Below, one piece after another: positions 30,599 to 41,246 of a DNA stretch of 64,000 bases. The notes beneath the pieces were generated by a model that was given only the letters and a program-made list of their open reading frames with translations, was not told the origin of the DNA and did no database searches. Source of the stretch: a virus (Duplodnaviria; Caudoviricetes); the IMG/VR virus record IMGVR_UViG_3300031555_004294, positions 235,071-299,070 of that record; one strand, 5' to 3'. Position numbers and translations under genes: made by a program. Position 1 is the stretch's first letter. Every line of letters starts with the position of its first letter.

Positions 30599-32612
30599 GG
30601 AAGACATGATCAAGGATTTAAAACGAACATTAGATAGAGCTTGTGATGCATATTATAACTCTAGCATTCCAATTATGAGTGATGAGGAATTTGACCAAGC
30701 TTGTATTACTTATCGCAAACTAAGCGGTGAGAACTATAATACAATGACGGCATCTAGAAATAATAAGGATGACTCTAAGAAAACTAATGGTAAGAAATTA
30801 GTAGATACAAAGCACACATTTGAAAATTTACTTTGTACTATCGACAATAAATTCCAAAACTTAGATGATTTGAATGAATGGATTGACTCACTTTATGACA
30901 ATCTCAATCTTAATAAGTCAGACGAGTTAGAACTTTTAGTATCTGAAAAATATGATGGTAATTCTATCTGCATTGAGTATGAAGATGGTAAATGTAAACT
31001 AGCTGTAACTCGTGGTGAAGATGGTCAGGGTGCAGATCTTACAGAAATTTTCAAAGATGAAAAACTTTTAAAGAAACCTAAGTGGTATTGTGGTATCAAG
31101 TATGAGGTTATGCTTTCTTATCCTAACTTTGACAGACTTAACAAAGTTAGAGAAGCAAATAAGGAAGACACTTATGCTAACCCTAGAAATACTGTTGCTG
31201 GTATTCTTTCTAGATTAGATGCACCTAAGTTTAGAGAGTACCTGACTTTAGTACCTCTTTCTATGAGAATTAAGGATAAAGAAATTGACCGTTATAAGGA
31301 ACTTGATTACATTGAGAAACTTCAAAGCAAAGGTGATATTGAGTTTAATGGTGAAATTCTTTCTGGCACTAATGGTGAGTTAAAAGACTACATTAGAGAA
31401 ATCTATGAAAGATATACTAATTCTAGAGAGAACTTGAATTATATGATCGATGGTTTGGTAATTGAAGTCATGGATGAAACTTATAAAAAGCAGTTAGGAC
31501 ATTTTGCTGCTGGTTCTCCTAAATGGCAAGCTGCTGTAAAATTCCCTTATATGGAAAAAGCTACTACCGTTGAGGACATCGTATTTGAAGCTTCACCTAA
31601 TGGAACTGGTAAGATTACACCTTCTGTAATCATCAAACCTGTTTACTTTAATGGTGCTGAAATGAGAAAGATTTCTCTTGCTAACTATAAGCGTTTCAAT
31701 GAGTTAAGACTTGGTAAAGGTAGTAGAGTCTTGATTGAGTATCGCAATGATGTCTTAAGTTATTGTAGTCCTTTAGATGACCCTATCAATGACACAATCG
31801 ATCCAATTCCATTTACTGATCATTGTCCTGCATGTAAAAGTACTAAAATCAGAATCAATGAAAATGAGACATTTGCATATTGTGACAATCCTAACTGTGG
31901 TATGAAGCGTATTGGTAAGATTAACCATTACACTAACATGGTTGGAATCAAGGGTATTGAAACAACTACACTTGAAAAGATTGTCAATGCAGGTTTACTG
32001 AATACTTCAGCTGATCTTTATAGACTCAACTATAGATCTCTTTCTAGAGTTGATGGTCTTGGATCTAAGAGTGCTGAAAATATCGTTGATGCTATCCATC
32101 AAAATACTCCTAACGACTATGATATTCTTGCTGGATTAGGTATCGATAATCTTGGTAAGGATTGTGCAAAGAATATTCTATCTGAAGTAAGTTTTGATAA
32201 ACTTTGTGATAAATCTTATGTAGAATCCAATCAATTTAAAGACACACTAACTGGTATTGAAGGAATTGGTCCTGTTATGACTGAAAGAATTCCTAAAGAA
32301 CTCGCAGCAAATAATGCATTGCTTAATGACTTACTTGCAACTGTTAAATTTAAGACAGTTAAGAGAGCTAAAGCAGATAATCAGCTTATCTTTGTAACAA
32401 CTGGCGATCCTGACCACAGATATTTTGATAACAGAGATGCACTCAGAAAGTACATTGAAGATAAGGGTCATAAGCTAACAAGTGCAGTAAGTAAGAAGAC
32501 CAATTATTTGATTACCGAAACACCTAATAGTGGAACGACTAAGAACAAAAAAGCAATTGAATGTGGAACTAAGATTATCACCTGTGAACAATTAATTGAC
32601 ATGTTAGGCTAA
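30582..32612 (+). CDS. ligA: NAD-dependent DNA ligase
   Basis: YYN...MSDEEFD, EKYDG, TRG.DG.G, NPRN, DGLV, zinc finger CPAC...CDNPNC, HhH motifs, BRCT (VSKKTNYLI). Confidence 0.95.
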   Translation: MKMMTKEDMIKDLKRTLDRACDAYYNSSIPIMSDEEFDQACITYRKLSGENYNTMTASRNNKDDSKKTNGKKLVDTKHTFENLLCTIDNKFQNLDDLNEWIDSLYDNLNLNKSDELELLVSEKYDGNSICIEYEDGKCKLAVTRGEDGQGADLTEIFKDEKLLKKPKWYCGIKYEVMLSYPNFDRLNKVREANKEDTYANPRNTVAGILSRLDAPKFREYLTLVPLSMRIKDKEIDRYKELDYIEKLQSKGDIEFNGEILSGTNGELKDYIREIYERYTNSRENLNYMIDGLVIEVMDETYKKQLGHFAAGSPKWQAAVKFPYMEKATTVEDIVFEASPNGTGKITPSVIIKPVYFNGAEMRKISLANYKRFNELRLGKGSRVLIEYRNDVLSYCSPLDDPINDTIDPIPFTDHCPACKSTKIRINENETFAYCDNPNCGMKRIGKINHYTNMVGIKGIETTTLEKIVNAGLLNTSADLYRLNYRSLSRVDGLGSKSAENIVDAIHQNTPNDYDILAGLGIDNLGKDCAKNILSEVSFDKLCDKSYVESNQFKDTLTGIEGIGPVMTERIPKELAANNALLNDLLATVKFKTVKRAKADNQLIFVTTGDPDHRYFDNRDALRKYIEDKGHKLTSAVSKKTNYLITETPNSGTTKNKKAIECGTKIITCEQLIDMLG

Positions 32613-32669
32613 GTATTTAAGACGTTGATAATATTATACCAACGTATATTAGTATCAACGTCTTACTAA

Positions 32670-33461
32670 TTGTTCTCAGGAGGTTATAAAATGGATTTCT
32701 TTCAAAAATTAGAAACTTTACCATTGTGGTTTTGGTTCTTTGCTGCTTATATGCTAGCTTGTGCAATTAGTTTTCATGTTTTATGTAAAGGAGCCGAAAA
32801 AGAAGTTAACAAAATCCTTGAAGAAGAAAACGAAGATGTTAAAACTAGCATTGACTGGACGCACTTATATGTATATGCTCTTTTTAATCCACTAATACTA
32901 ATTCTTGAATTCTTATTAAATGTAATAGATGTCATTGTTGAAGTTATTAGTTGGATTGTAAGGTTTGTAATATTTTTATTTGCATTCGTTGTATATTTTA
33001 TCACAGGTTTATTTATAAAAGGAGACAAAAAGAAAATGAAAAATAATAGTGTTTCTACACCTAAAGTTATGACAAAAGATAATGTACTACTTTATGAAAA
33101 GCACGACATTACTACTACAGAAGCTTTAAGTACAGAAGATGGAAAAACATATATGGTACATGGAGTTAAAATTTTCAGAGTTATTAAACCTGAAAATGGA
33201 GAATTCAATGTAATTGCTCAGTATTTAGCAGAAACAGATAGAATTGACCTATCTGTACTGCATAACTATATTGGCTGGTATATGGTATCTGTAGATAGAG
33301 ATACCTATGACAATAAAAAGTTTGTATGGAACTGTGTTGAATTAGGTGAAGGTAGTGAAAATTCTGAAGTTTTCACAATTAAGAATCCTAGAGCATGTAC
33401 TGAAGAAGAGGTAAAAATGCTTAACGAACTCTTCCCTGAGTACTATGACCATGCATTCTAA
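32670..33461 (+). CDS. Membrane-anchored hypothetical protein
   Basis: Hydrophobic N-terminal segments. Confidence 0.5.
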   Translation: MFSGGYKMDFFQKLETLPLWFWFFAAYMLACAISFHVLCKGAEKEVNKILEEENEDVKTSIDWTHLYVYALFNPLILILEFLLNVIDVIVEVISWIVRFVIFLFAFVVYFITGLFIKGDKKKMKNNSVSTPKVMTKDNVLLYEKHDITTTEALSTEDGKTYMVHGVKIFRVIKPENGEFNVIAQYLAETDRIDLSVLHNYIGWYMVSVDRDTYDNKKFVWNCVELGEGSENSEVFTIKNPRACTEEEVKMLNELFPEYYDHAF

Positions 33462-33530
33462 ACATATAACAAAATGTGTATAATGGAGTTTATCCATTAT
33501 ACACATTTTACTTTTTAAAGGAGAAAAACC

Positions 33531-34034
33531 ATGGATTATTTTATTGCTGATACACATTTCTATCACGAGAACATCATAAAGTACGAAAATAGACCGTTTA
33601 GAGATGCAGAACATATGAATGCTGAATTGATAAAGCGATGGAACAATACAGTCAAGAAATCAGATAGAGTATTCTTGTTAGGTGATGTAGGATTTGCTAA
33701 TAAAGCTAAAGTAAGTGAAATCATTCAGCAACTTAATGGTACTAAAATTCTCGTTATGGGAAATCATGATAGTAAGAACATAAAGTACTATCAAGATATG
33801 GGATTCAAAGAAGTATACAAGTACCCAATAGTGTACAAAGAGTTCTTTATACTTTCACATGAACCACCTACATATTTTAATGAAAATTGTCCATATTTCT
33901 ACATCTATGGTCATGTACATTCTACCGATATGTATAAAACTGTGACTAAGAATTCTGCTTGTGTTTCTGTTGAAAGATGGGACTATAAGCCTGTTAGTAT
34001 GGATACTTTAATGGGATTAGCTAAACTTGCTTAG
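33531..34034 (+). CDS. Calcineurin-like metallophosphoesterase
   Basis: DTH, LGD, GNHD, SHEP, GHVH. Confidence 0.9.
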   Translation: MDYFIADTHFYHENIIKYENRPFRDAEHMNAELIKRWNNTVKKSDRVFLLGDVGFANKAKVSEIIQQLNGTKILVMGNHDSKNIKYYQDMGFKEVYKYPIVYKEFFILSHEPPTYFNENCPYFYIYGHVHSTDMYKTVTKNSACVSVERWDYKPVSMDTLMGLAKLA

Positions 34035-34160
34035 TTTAATACGGATTTTGACAATTTTCTATGATCCAAGAAATGTCAAAATCCGTATTTCTACTTTTTT
34101 TGTCTATATATTATTCCTTTGTAAAGAAAAATTATATTTTTACAAAGGAGATTTGTTAAA

Positions 34161-34406
34161 ATGTTACATCCGTATCAGGCGAATGAGCCTACTACACCTA
34201 TTACTGAGGAAGAATTGTTTGCAGCAGTTGAATTGTTACGTCATGAAGGACGTAGATTATGGAAACTTGCAAGCGAAGACTCTTTAGGACATCAAAGTGA
34301 AAACTTTAAAAAAGGTAAAGCATTCTTTATTGCTGCTGCAGAGTTAGAAAAAACTTATGCAAAAGTTGGAATTAGACTTGGTCTTACGCCTGGTCAAATA
34401 ATCTAA
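34161..34406 (+). CDS. Hypothetical protein
   Basis: RBS AAAGGAG; early promoter at 34085-34112. Confidence 0.55.
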   Translation: MLHPYQANEPTTPITEEELFAAVELLRHEGRRLWKLASEDSLGHQSENFKKGKAFFIAAAELEKTYAKVGIRLGLTPGQII

Positions 34407-34409
34407 GGA

Positions 34410-34892
34410 ATGTATGATATGAACAAGAAGAAACTATTATTCGATCTTGAAATGTTACAACCAGAACAAGTTCTAGTTAATGTCATGGACGAGATTGGAT
34501 ATAATTATCAAGACCATTTCTTCTATAGCATAAATGGCACATTTTGTATGCTTAAGACAGCCATGACTTTCAAAGATGTAAATGATCTGAATGCATTTAT
34601 ATTTTTATTTGGCGAAATTTTTGGTCTAACTTTCAAAGAAAATGATAAATCTGGACTCAATTTTTATTTAGAACTTACAACTGATAAGGTAAATGATAAT
34701 TGCTGGTTCTTTATTCGAGTTGGTAGGAATTATCCAGACTTTATACATTTTGGAATTCGTTTTGATAAACCAAGATTTACTAAAGAAAGTAGAATAAGAA
34801 TAAAACCATCAGAATTAAGTCATAAAACTTTACACAAAAGAGAGGAAATTATAGATGAAAAGACTCGGAAAATTTACTGGAACCATTTATGA
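34410..34892 (+). CDS. Hypothetical protein
   Basis: ORF in operon. Confidence 0.55.
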   Translation: MYDMNKKKLLFDLEMLQPEQVLVNVMDEIGYNYQDHFFYSINGTFCMLKTAMTFKDVNDLNAFIFLFGEIFGLTFKENDKSGLNFYLELTTDKVNDNCWFFIRVGRNYPDFIHFGIRFDKPRFTKESRIRIKPSELSHKTLHKREEIIDEKTRKIYWNHL

Positions 34893-35049
34893 TGAAAATT
34901 ATGATTTTTCTAACTGTCCTGAATGCTGTACTATGATTACAGATGAACAAGAAAAAGATGAAAATTTCATAAAAGAAAAACATACTAAAGATCTTTTGAC
35001 ATGTATAGGATGCAATGGTTGTCCTGCAGCTCAGAAATCTATTGTTTAA
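34855..35049 (+). CDS. Small Cys-rich protein
   Basis: CPECC...CIGCNGC. Confidence 0.5.
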   Translation: MKRLGKFTGTIYDENYDFSNCPECCTMITDEQEKDENFIKEKHTKDLLTCIGCNGCPAAQKSIV

Positions 35050-35654
35050 AGAGGAAAATAATTATGAAGAACATATTTGGAAGAACATACACTATAACTG
35101 AGGGTAACTATAAGAAAATCCTCAAAAAAATTCAGAAAATTACCAATAAGTTTTATATGCACAACGCATTTAAAACTGGTAAAACAGGACGAAGAATAAT
35201 CAGAACTTTTGGTAAAGTGCAATATGTCAATAAGAACGGAGTAGTAAAAACAAAGATTTACAACGAACCGTATTTTATTATTACCAAAGAACATTCGTTC
35301 AAAATCGAGTATGACAAGCGTCAGTCTGGTGAAAAATCTGATGATGTCTTTTCATCTCTCTATGAAAACTTAAAACCTCTGATTCATTTTAGCTTAGACA
35401 CTGAACGTGCATGCGTTATCTATTTAGATGATGAAATCACATTTTATCCTTTTGGAATTTTTAAACATTGTCAAAAAGAATTGTATGGTGAAGATTATTA
35501 TTACTGTTACTCAACCTATATTCCTTACATTTTCAAAAGAGTAAAGAATATTGATACTCTGATAGAAGAAAGAAGACAGGAAGAAGAAAGAGTAGCGGAT
35601 GCGTATAATGACTGCTTTAAGGAGGAAATATATAATGAAGACCTTATGGATTGA
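35001..35654 (+). CDS. Hypothetical protein
   Basis: ORF in operon; likely start MKNIF. Confidence 0.55.
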   Translation: MYRMQWLSCSSEIYCLKRKIIMKNIFGRTYTITEGNYKKILKKIQKITNKFYMHNAFKTGKTGRRIIRTFGKVQYVNKNGVVKTKIYNEPYFIITKEHSFKIEYDKRQSGEKSDDVFSSLYENLKPLIHFSLDTERACVIYLDDEITFYPFGIFKHCQKELYGEDYYYCYSTYIPYIFKRVKNIDTLIEERRQEEERVADAYNDCFKEEIYNEDLMD

Positions 35655-35949
35655 CGATGTAAGATATCCTCCTTTAGACTTTGATGGTTACTGGGCGAGA
35701 AGTGTAAATGACGCAAAGAAAATCATCAAACATGCTGAGGGTACTAACGAATATTTCAGAATCAATTTGATTGACATCGACCATGATGCAGGTGATTATG
35801 CAAAAGATGGCGGTGACTATATCAAGCTTCTTGATTGGCTTGAAGAAACAGGACGTAATTACCCCATAAGAATTCATAGTGCCAATCCTGTTGGTGTAGA
35901 AAACATGAGACGTATCATCAAGCGTAATGGTTGGAAAGAAGTATTTTAG
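35635..35949 (+). CDS. Cyclic-phosphate-processing receiver-like domain protein
   Basis: LWIDDVR, DIDHDAG, IHSANPVG; start re-called behind AAGGAGG. Confidence 0.75.
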   Translation: MKTLWIDDVRYPPLDFDGYWARSVNDAKKIIKHAEGTNEYFRINLIDIDHDAGDYAKDGGDYIKLLDWLEETGRNYPIRIHSANPVGVENMRRIIKRNGWKEVF

Positions 35950-36451
35950 TTTTAGGAGAAACGACATAATGGATAACTACAACGATAACTACCATGACAA
36001 CTACTACATGGACGATTACGAAAACGTAAATACAAATCTTGTTACCAACTTTAGAAAAACTGAGTTGGAAAAGTACCATAAAGCAATCAAGCTTTATGGA
36101 AGTGATAATCTCTATATTACTGATGATGCTACAGACGTATATGGAAATCCTCTTCCTCACTTGTTTGCTCTTAGATGCAAAGAACCTCAAAATTTAAGTA
36201 GATTTTGGAGGATATTCGAGTCTTTAGAAGATGATGAAACTTCTATGGAAAATGAAAACGAGTACCATGTATCCATCAAATTACGAAACGAAGACCATGC
36301 AGCGTATAATTTGAATACTAAAGCTGTGTCAGAAGAAGACGCTATTAATAAGGCAAAACTATTCATAGCTGCATGTGGATATTGGTCCACCAAAATGTCC
36401 ATTGGTGATAGAATCAACCAAATGGAAGTTGTTACTTTGAAAAAATTATAA
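35927..36451 (+). CDS. Hypothetical protein
   Basis: ORF in operon; likely start MDNY. Confidence 0.5.
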   Translation: MVGKKYFSFRRNDIMDNYNDNYHDNYYMDDYENVNTNLVTNFRKTELEKYHKAIKLYGSDNLYITDDATDVYGNPLPHLFALRCKEPQNLSRFWRIFESLEDDETSMENENEYHVSIKLRNEDHAAYNLNTKAVSEEDAINKAKLFIAACGYWSTKMSIGDRINQMEVVTLKKL

Positions 36452-36467
36452 CCAAGGAGAAATAATT

Positions 36468-36983
36468 ATGAACTACGATGTAAGATTTTGTCAGTGTGGA
36501 CGTATCCACGTTATGCCTTATTCTGAGATGACTTGGATGGCAAAGGATTGCCAGAATAGAAGTGTTACTAGAGTGTGTGCTAATTGTGGAGCAGCATATA
36601 CTACTTTCCTGTCTGAATGTGAAGATGGTTTTGATGTTAACTGCATTAGTCTGAAGACTGGAGTAACTGAATTTAATAATCAGCACAGAATCCACTATTC
36701 CAAGGGTATCACTGTATGTATGAAATCTGGCGAAGAAGCAGATACCTATCAAAATGGCTTCTTTGTTAACAGTAAAGAATGGAGCTATGAAACCAGTGAG
36801 AAAAATCTTAGTTATGCTGATAAGCAAAGACATGATTTTGTAACTGTTGACACTGAAAGACTCATCAGGGAAGTTGAAAGGGAATACAAAGAAAAAGCTG
36901 ATGATATTCTCAAGGCTATCAGTGGCTATGCAGTTAAGATCCATTGGGAAGGTACTAAATACTGTAAGAGCTTTAACACGTAA
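36468..36983 (+). CDS. Zinc-binding hypothetical protein, tandem copy 1
   Basis: FCQCGRIH...CANCG; near-identical ends to the next gene. Confidence 0.7.
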   Translation: MNYDVRFCQCGRIHVMPYSEMTWMAKDCQNRSVTRVCANCGAAYTTFLSECEDGFDVNCISLKTGVTEFNNQHRIHYSKGITVCMKSGEEADTYQNGFFVNSKEWSYETSEKNLSYADKQRHDFVTVDTERLIREVEREYKEKADDILKAISGYAVKIHWEGTKYCKSFNT

Positions 36984-36999
36984 AAGGGAGAAAAATATT

Positions 37000-37524
37000 A
37001 TGAACTATGAAGTAAGATTTTGTAATTGTGGACGCATCCACGTTATGCCTAAAGACGAGTTAGACTGGTTGTCAGAAGATTGGCAAAACAGAAGTATCAT
37101 CAGAATCTGTGCTAACTGTGGTGCAACTGATATTATGTTCCTTTCTGAGTATATGGAAGGATACGCAGTTAACTGTAATAGTTTTAATGATGGTTTGAAT
37201 AAGCTGTTCTCTAAAGAAACTAAAGTTTATTATACCAGAGGTATCAAAGTTCATATGATGTCTGGTACTGAAGCTGATAGTGAACAGAGTGGATATTTTG
37301 TTAACTGTCAAGAATGGAAAAAGATAATGGGCAATGGTTATGAATCTCTTCCTGAAGCTGAAAAAGCAGGAAAAAAATGGGCAACAGTTGATACTAAAAG
37401 ACTCATCAGAGATATTGAATGGGAATTCAAAGAAAAAGCAGATGATATTCTCAATTCTATAAGTGGCTATGCAGTTAAGATCCATTGGGAGGGTACTAAG
37501 TATTGCACTGACTACAACAAGTAA
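37000..37524 (+). CDS. Zinc-binding hypothetical protein, tandem copy 2
   Basis: FCNCGRIH...CANCG...ISGYAVKIHWEGTKYC; start re-called to MNYEV. Confidence 0.7.
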   Translation: MNYEVRFCNCGRIHVMPKDELDWLSEDWQNRSIIRICANCGATDIMFLSEYMEGYAVNCNSFNDGLNKLFSKETKVYYTRGIKVHMMSGTEADSEQSGYFVNCQEWKKIMGNGYESLPEAEKAGKKWATVDTKRLIRDIEWEFKEKADDILNSISGYAVKIHWEGTKYCTDYNK

Positions 37525-37541
37525 AAAAGGGAGAAAATGTT

Positions 37542-37763
37542 ATGGAAACAAGATTCTTCACAATTAATAAAACCATCATCAATGTAGCTGACGTAAACTA
37601 TATACATTATGACGAGGTTCATGACCAATTAAAAGTTGCAATGCGTAATGATGAAGTACTGGTATTTGTTGGAAACTCTAATACTAACAGTGAGGATACT
37701 CCTAAAAGAACTTTCTTTAAATTACGAGACCTCTTATCAAAAACGAATATATTCTACACCTAA
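37542..37763 (+). CDS. Hypothetical protein
   Basis: RBS GGGAG. Confidence 0.5.
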   Translation: METRFFTINKTIINVADVNYIHYDEVHDQLKVAMRNDEVLVFVGNSNTNSEDTPKRTFFKLRDLLSKTNIFYT

Positions 37764-37779
37764 AAAGGAGAAGAAAAAT

Positions 37780-37983
37780 ATGGCATTAGGACTTAAAGAA
37801 ATCACATCTGCAAAGAAATATTTGGATCAAGCAGAAAAAGGTACACTGAAGGTAAAAATATCATCACCAGACTCTATTTTAGAAAGAGATGCAACTCTTA
37901 AGCTTGGAAAGGATAAAGATGGAAACTATTCAGTTTCTATTCAATCCAGTGGTGGTATTATAAAAGTTAGTCTCTATGAATAA
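37780..37983 (+). CDS. Hypothetical protein
   Basis: Start re-called to MALGL behind AAAAGGAG. Confidence 0.5.
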   Translation: MALGLKEITSAKKYLDQAEKGTLKVKISSPDSILERDATLKLGKDKDGNYSVSIQSSGGIIKVSLYE

Positions 37984-38001
37984 AAATGAGGTAATTTTAC
38001 T

Positions 38002-38232
38002 ATGGAAAAACTTAGAATTGCAAAAGAAGATACTGGCTATGTTTTAGTCCACAGAGAGGACTTTAACGAAATTGCAGAAGCTATGGATACACTGAGTGGA
38101 TGTATTGCTTCTCCTGTTGGTGGAAGAACTATCAATGGTGAAGAATATGTGGACTTTGTTAGTGTAGAAAGCAAAGAAGACGTAGCAGACGCTATTAAAA
38201 CTATTACTCTTGCCTATAAAATCAAGCTGTAA
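38002..38232 (+). CDS. Hypothetical protein
   Basis: RBS GAGG; terminator follows. Confidence 0.5.
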   Translation: MEKLRIAKEDTGYVLVHREDFNEIAEAMDTLSGCIASPVGGRTINGEEYVDFVSVESKEDVADAIKTITLAYKIKL

Positions 38233-38292
38233 TGATAGCAAAAAAAAATCTAGTACCCAATTAAGGATACTAGATTTTTTTTTGTAAACTTT

Positions 38293-40332
38293 TTAGTCTT
38301 CTGATAACTCAGCTTCTACTTCTAATTCATCTAACTCTTTATCTACAGATTCTACATCTTCAATAATTTCAGGTATAGATTGTTTGTTAACCAAACCAAG
38401 AGTTAACATCTGAGTCTTTACAATACGAGACGTAATAGACTTTTCACCAATCAGATTGATCTTGTCAATGTCAAATACATTTCTAGTTAGAAGTGCTGTA
38501 TTGAAATTCTTTCTTTCTTCAGGGTTAGTAGATGTCTGAGCTAAATATCTCATTACAAGTGGCATATTCTGGGTCAACAGTAGTGAGTTAAACTCCATTT
38601 CTCCACATCTTACTGGGGTCTTTGAGAAAAGTGCAGTATGATATTTGAAGCTACTGCTCTTACTAGGAATGTTATTTAAACTTAAATCTCCACTTGAACG
38701 TGCTGACAACTTTGTGGAAGGATCATGTTTTAATCTCATATAGTAGAGATTGCCTATGATAAGCGGATTTTCAATTTCTTTACCACTAATTGTGCAGTGA
38801 TAAGGTTCCCAACCAAATTCTTCATAAAGTTTGTTCATATTTTCAACTGTAATAGTTCCAAAGAACGGAGGTTGATGTATAAACAAACCATGTTCATAAC
38901 TGTCATTGATGAACTGTTCTTTTTCAGCTAGAGATACTACATTGTTGACTATGAACTCAAACTGTTTCTCATTTACAATTGCATAGAACTTCAAAATGTG
39001 TTTAAACTTATCTCTTATGGATTTCATAGTTTTAGTCTGTCTTAAAACTTGATCTCCCATAAAGTTAAGTTCCTGCTCATACAACTGTGCAATATTTTCT
39101 CTACCTATAACTCCAAACGGATTCAGTATGATTTCAGCTCTCTCACCATACTCGTTTGTAGGCATTTCAGAATCTGGCAGGATCGCAGAAATAACTCCTT
39201 TAGAGCCATAGCGTCCTGTAATTTTACTACCCTTGACTAGAGGTTTCTGATTATAAGTACGAATCTTGACAATCATGTTATCAAATGTACTACCATCAGC
39301 AGTAAATTGGGTGTTCTCGCTAATCATGTCAATACAACGCTTATAAAAATACTTAACGTCACTAGAACAATTGTAGCTACCATCTTCCATATATGGTGCG
39401 ATAGTTGTTACTACATCATAGTAGTAATTGTAGTTCATGTCATAGTACTTCATTATCTGGTCGTAATAAGGATACTCTTTTAACTTTTCGATATCCCCAT
39501 TACAGAATACATCTACATCATAGACAATAGAATCTTTAGAAACAAAGAAAATACTATCAATGTCTGGATTAATCTTCTTAATGTTCTTGCTATTCATTTC
39601 AAATAACATCGACTCATAGTCAATTCTACGTCTACTACATAAAATTGTCGAATTACATGTTTCACCTATATCTGGAAATGCCTTATACTGTCTGTTGTTA
39701 CCTAATAAGTTTAGTAAAATGTCGTTGTTGTTTAGTGAGATGTCAATCTCATCAACTGCATAGGAACCTAACTTTTTAGCTGCAGATTCTGAACATAAAA
39801 TACCATCCTCATATGTCAAATTATATGCCGCCAAGAATACTGCTTTCAAATTTCTACCATAACAGAAGTTCATATTTTCATCATAGGTAGTGCTACTATA
39901 TAACAGTTCATCAGGCTCTAAGAAATCTCCAGTATCTTTCTCTAAGATAGGGTTCTTGTAAGTGTAACCATATCTTTCAGTAATTCTCTCTGCAGGTTTG
40001 ATATGATAGATCTCCAGATTGTTATCTTTATCTTTCAATAAGTAAGTGTAGTTTAATTCATTCTTTTTGAACTTTTTCAAAATTTCCCAGTGTCTATCAG
40101 ATTTCTTATAACTGGTAGAATACTTACCAATTTGATTCTCAAAGTTAGTAAATACATTTGGAAAATCTGGTTCAGCTAATACTAGTGCTTGAGGTAAGTG
40201 ATTATCAAACATGTTGATTCTTACCTGGTCACATCTTTGTAGATTGGGTACAAGTAATTCCTCTGCTAAGAACTTATGGGTACCTTCTAGTTCTTTGCAG
40301 TTATCAATTACTTTTTGAATGTCTAACGGCAT
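38293..40332 (-). CDS. Phage multisubunit RNA polymerase beta, C-terminal subunit (probably non-virion RNAP)
   Basis: YNLTYEDG, GSKITGRYGSKG, IILNPFGVIGREN, YYMRLKH, RCGEME are conserved RpoB motifs. Confidence 0.92.
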   Translation of the reverse strand: MPLDIQKVIDNCKELEGTHKFLAEELLVPNLQRCDQVRINMFDNHLPQALVLAEPDFPNVFTNFENQIGKYSTSYKKSDRHWEILKKFKKNELNYTYLLKDKDNNLEIYHIKPAERITERYGYTYKNPILEKDTGDFLEPDELLYSSTTYDENMNFCYGRNLKAVFLAAYNLTYEDGILCSESAAKKLGSYAVDEIDISLNNNDILLNLLGNNRQYKAFPDIGETCNSTILCSRRRIDYESMLFEMNSKNIKKINPDIDSIFFVSKDSIVYDVDVFCNGDIEKLKEYPYYDQIMKYYDMNYNYYYDVVTTIAPYMEDGSYNCSSDVKYFYKRCIDMISENTQFTADGSTFDNMIVKIRTYNQKPLVKGSKITGRYGSKGVISAILPDSEMPTNEYGERAEIILNPFGVIGRENIAQLYEQELNFMGDQVLRQTKTMKSIRDKFKHILKFYAIVNEKQFEFIVNNVVSLAEKEQFINDSYEHGLFIHQPPFFGTITVENMNKLYEEFGWEPYHCTISGKEIENPLIIGNLYYMRLKHDPSTKLSARSSGDLSLNNIPSKSSSFKYHTALFSKTPVRCGEMEFNSLLLTQNMPLVMRYLAQTSTNPEERKNFNTALLTRNVFDIDKINLIGEKSITSRIVKTQMLTLGLVNKQSIPEIIEDVESVDKELDELEVEAELSED

Positions 40333-40402
40333 ATATTTTCTTCCTTTCTTTATAGTTTACTGAGTTAGTATATATAGCCATAAACTTTATTTAGTTTTAC
40401 CA

Positions 40403-40777
40403 TTACGAAATACAGTAATACATTTTATGTTTTGTATCATCTTCACAGTACTCATTCGCAATGATACTAAGCAAATTGATATAGTACATTGCACTAATAA
40501 CATCTTCTAATTCTTCACGAAGACTCTTTATGTCTTCCAAACACTGAAGGGCATCTTCATACTTCAATCCAGTAAGTAACTTTTCTCTGTCATTAATTCT
40601 GCTAGTGTACTTGATTCTATCATTTTGAGCTTCTTCAAAAGCAGCCTTAATGTCTTCATTAGTTAGTTCTTTCCAGCTTTCTGTATATGGTAACTCAAAG
40701 AACTTATATACATTAGAACTACGAGAGAAACTACAAAGATTTTCATTATTCTTTCTGATACATAAATACTGACTCAT
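40403..40777 (-). CDS. Hypothetical protein
   Basis: RBS AAGGAG; leftward operon. Confidence 0.55.
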   Translation of the reverse strand: MSQYLCIRKNNENLCSFSRSSNVYKFFELPYTESWKELTNEDIKAAFEEAQNDRIKYTSRINDREKLLTGLKYEDALQCLEDIKSLREELEDVISAMYYINLLSIIANEYCEDDTKHKMYYCIS

Positions 40778-40792
40778 TTTTACTTATCTCCT

Positions 40793-41071
40793 TTAGTTTT
40801 CATGTTCATTTTTCATCCATGATAAAAACTTCATCCAGTCCTCTTTATCACAATCATCACCATAGTAAGGACATTCTTCAATTTCCTTTATCATGATTCT
40901 TAAGAATTTATCACTTAACTGTCCTTTACAATTTCTCATGATGAAGTTTGTAACTACACTTGGCATATAAGTTCTTCTACCAAGAGAATACCTAATAGCA
41001 CAGATTAGAACGGATTCAAAATCGTCATAATCATCAATGGATAAAGTTATTGGAGTCTTATCTGTTCTCAT
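40793..41071 (-). CDS. Hypothetical phage protein
   Basis: CAIRYSLGRRTYMP motif. Confidence 0.6.
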   Translation of the reverse strand: MRTDKTPITLSIDDYDDFESVLICAIRYSLGRRTYMPSVVTNFIMRNCKGQLSDKFLRIMIKEIEECPYYGDDCDKEDWMKFLSWMKNEHEN

Positions 41072-41246
41072 TAGTTTTACCTCCTAAGTACTTTTCTCTA
41101 ACTTCAGCGATATTTTCACGTACTGTTTTAACTTTAATCAGTTCTATGCCACAGCAATTGAAAATATCATCTTCATCTATAACAATAGCTTTCTCAATTT
41201 CGTCAAAGATTTCTTTTATAAGTTCTTGATCTTCAATTTTACTCAT
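41058..41246 (-). CDS. Hypothetical protein
   Basis: Overlapping operon ORF. Confidence 0.45.
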   Translation of the reverse strand: MSKIEDQELIKEIFDEIEKAIVIDEDDIFNCCGIELIKVKTVRENIAEVREKYLGGKTNENR

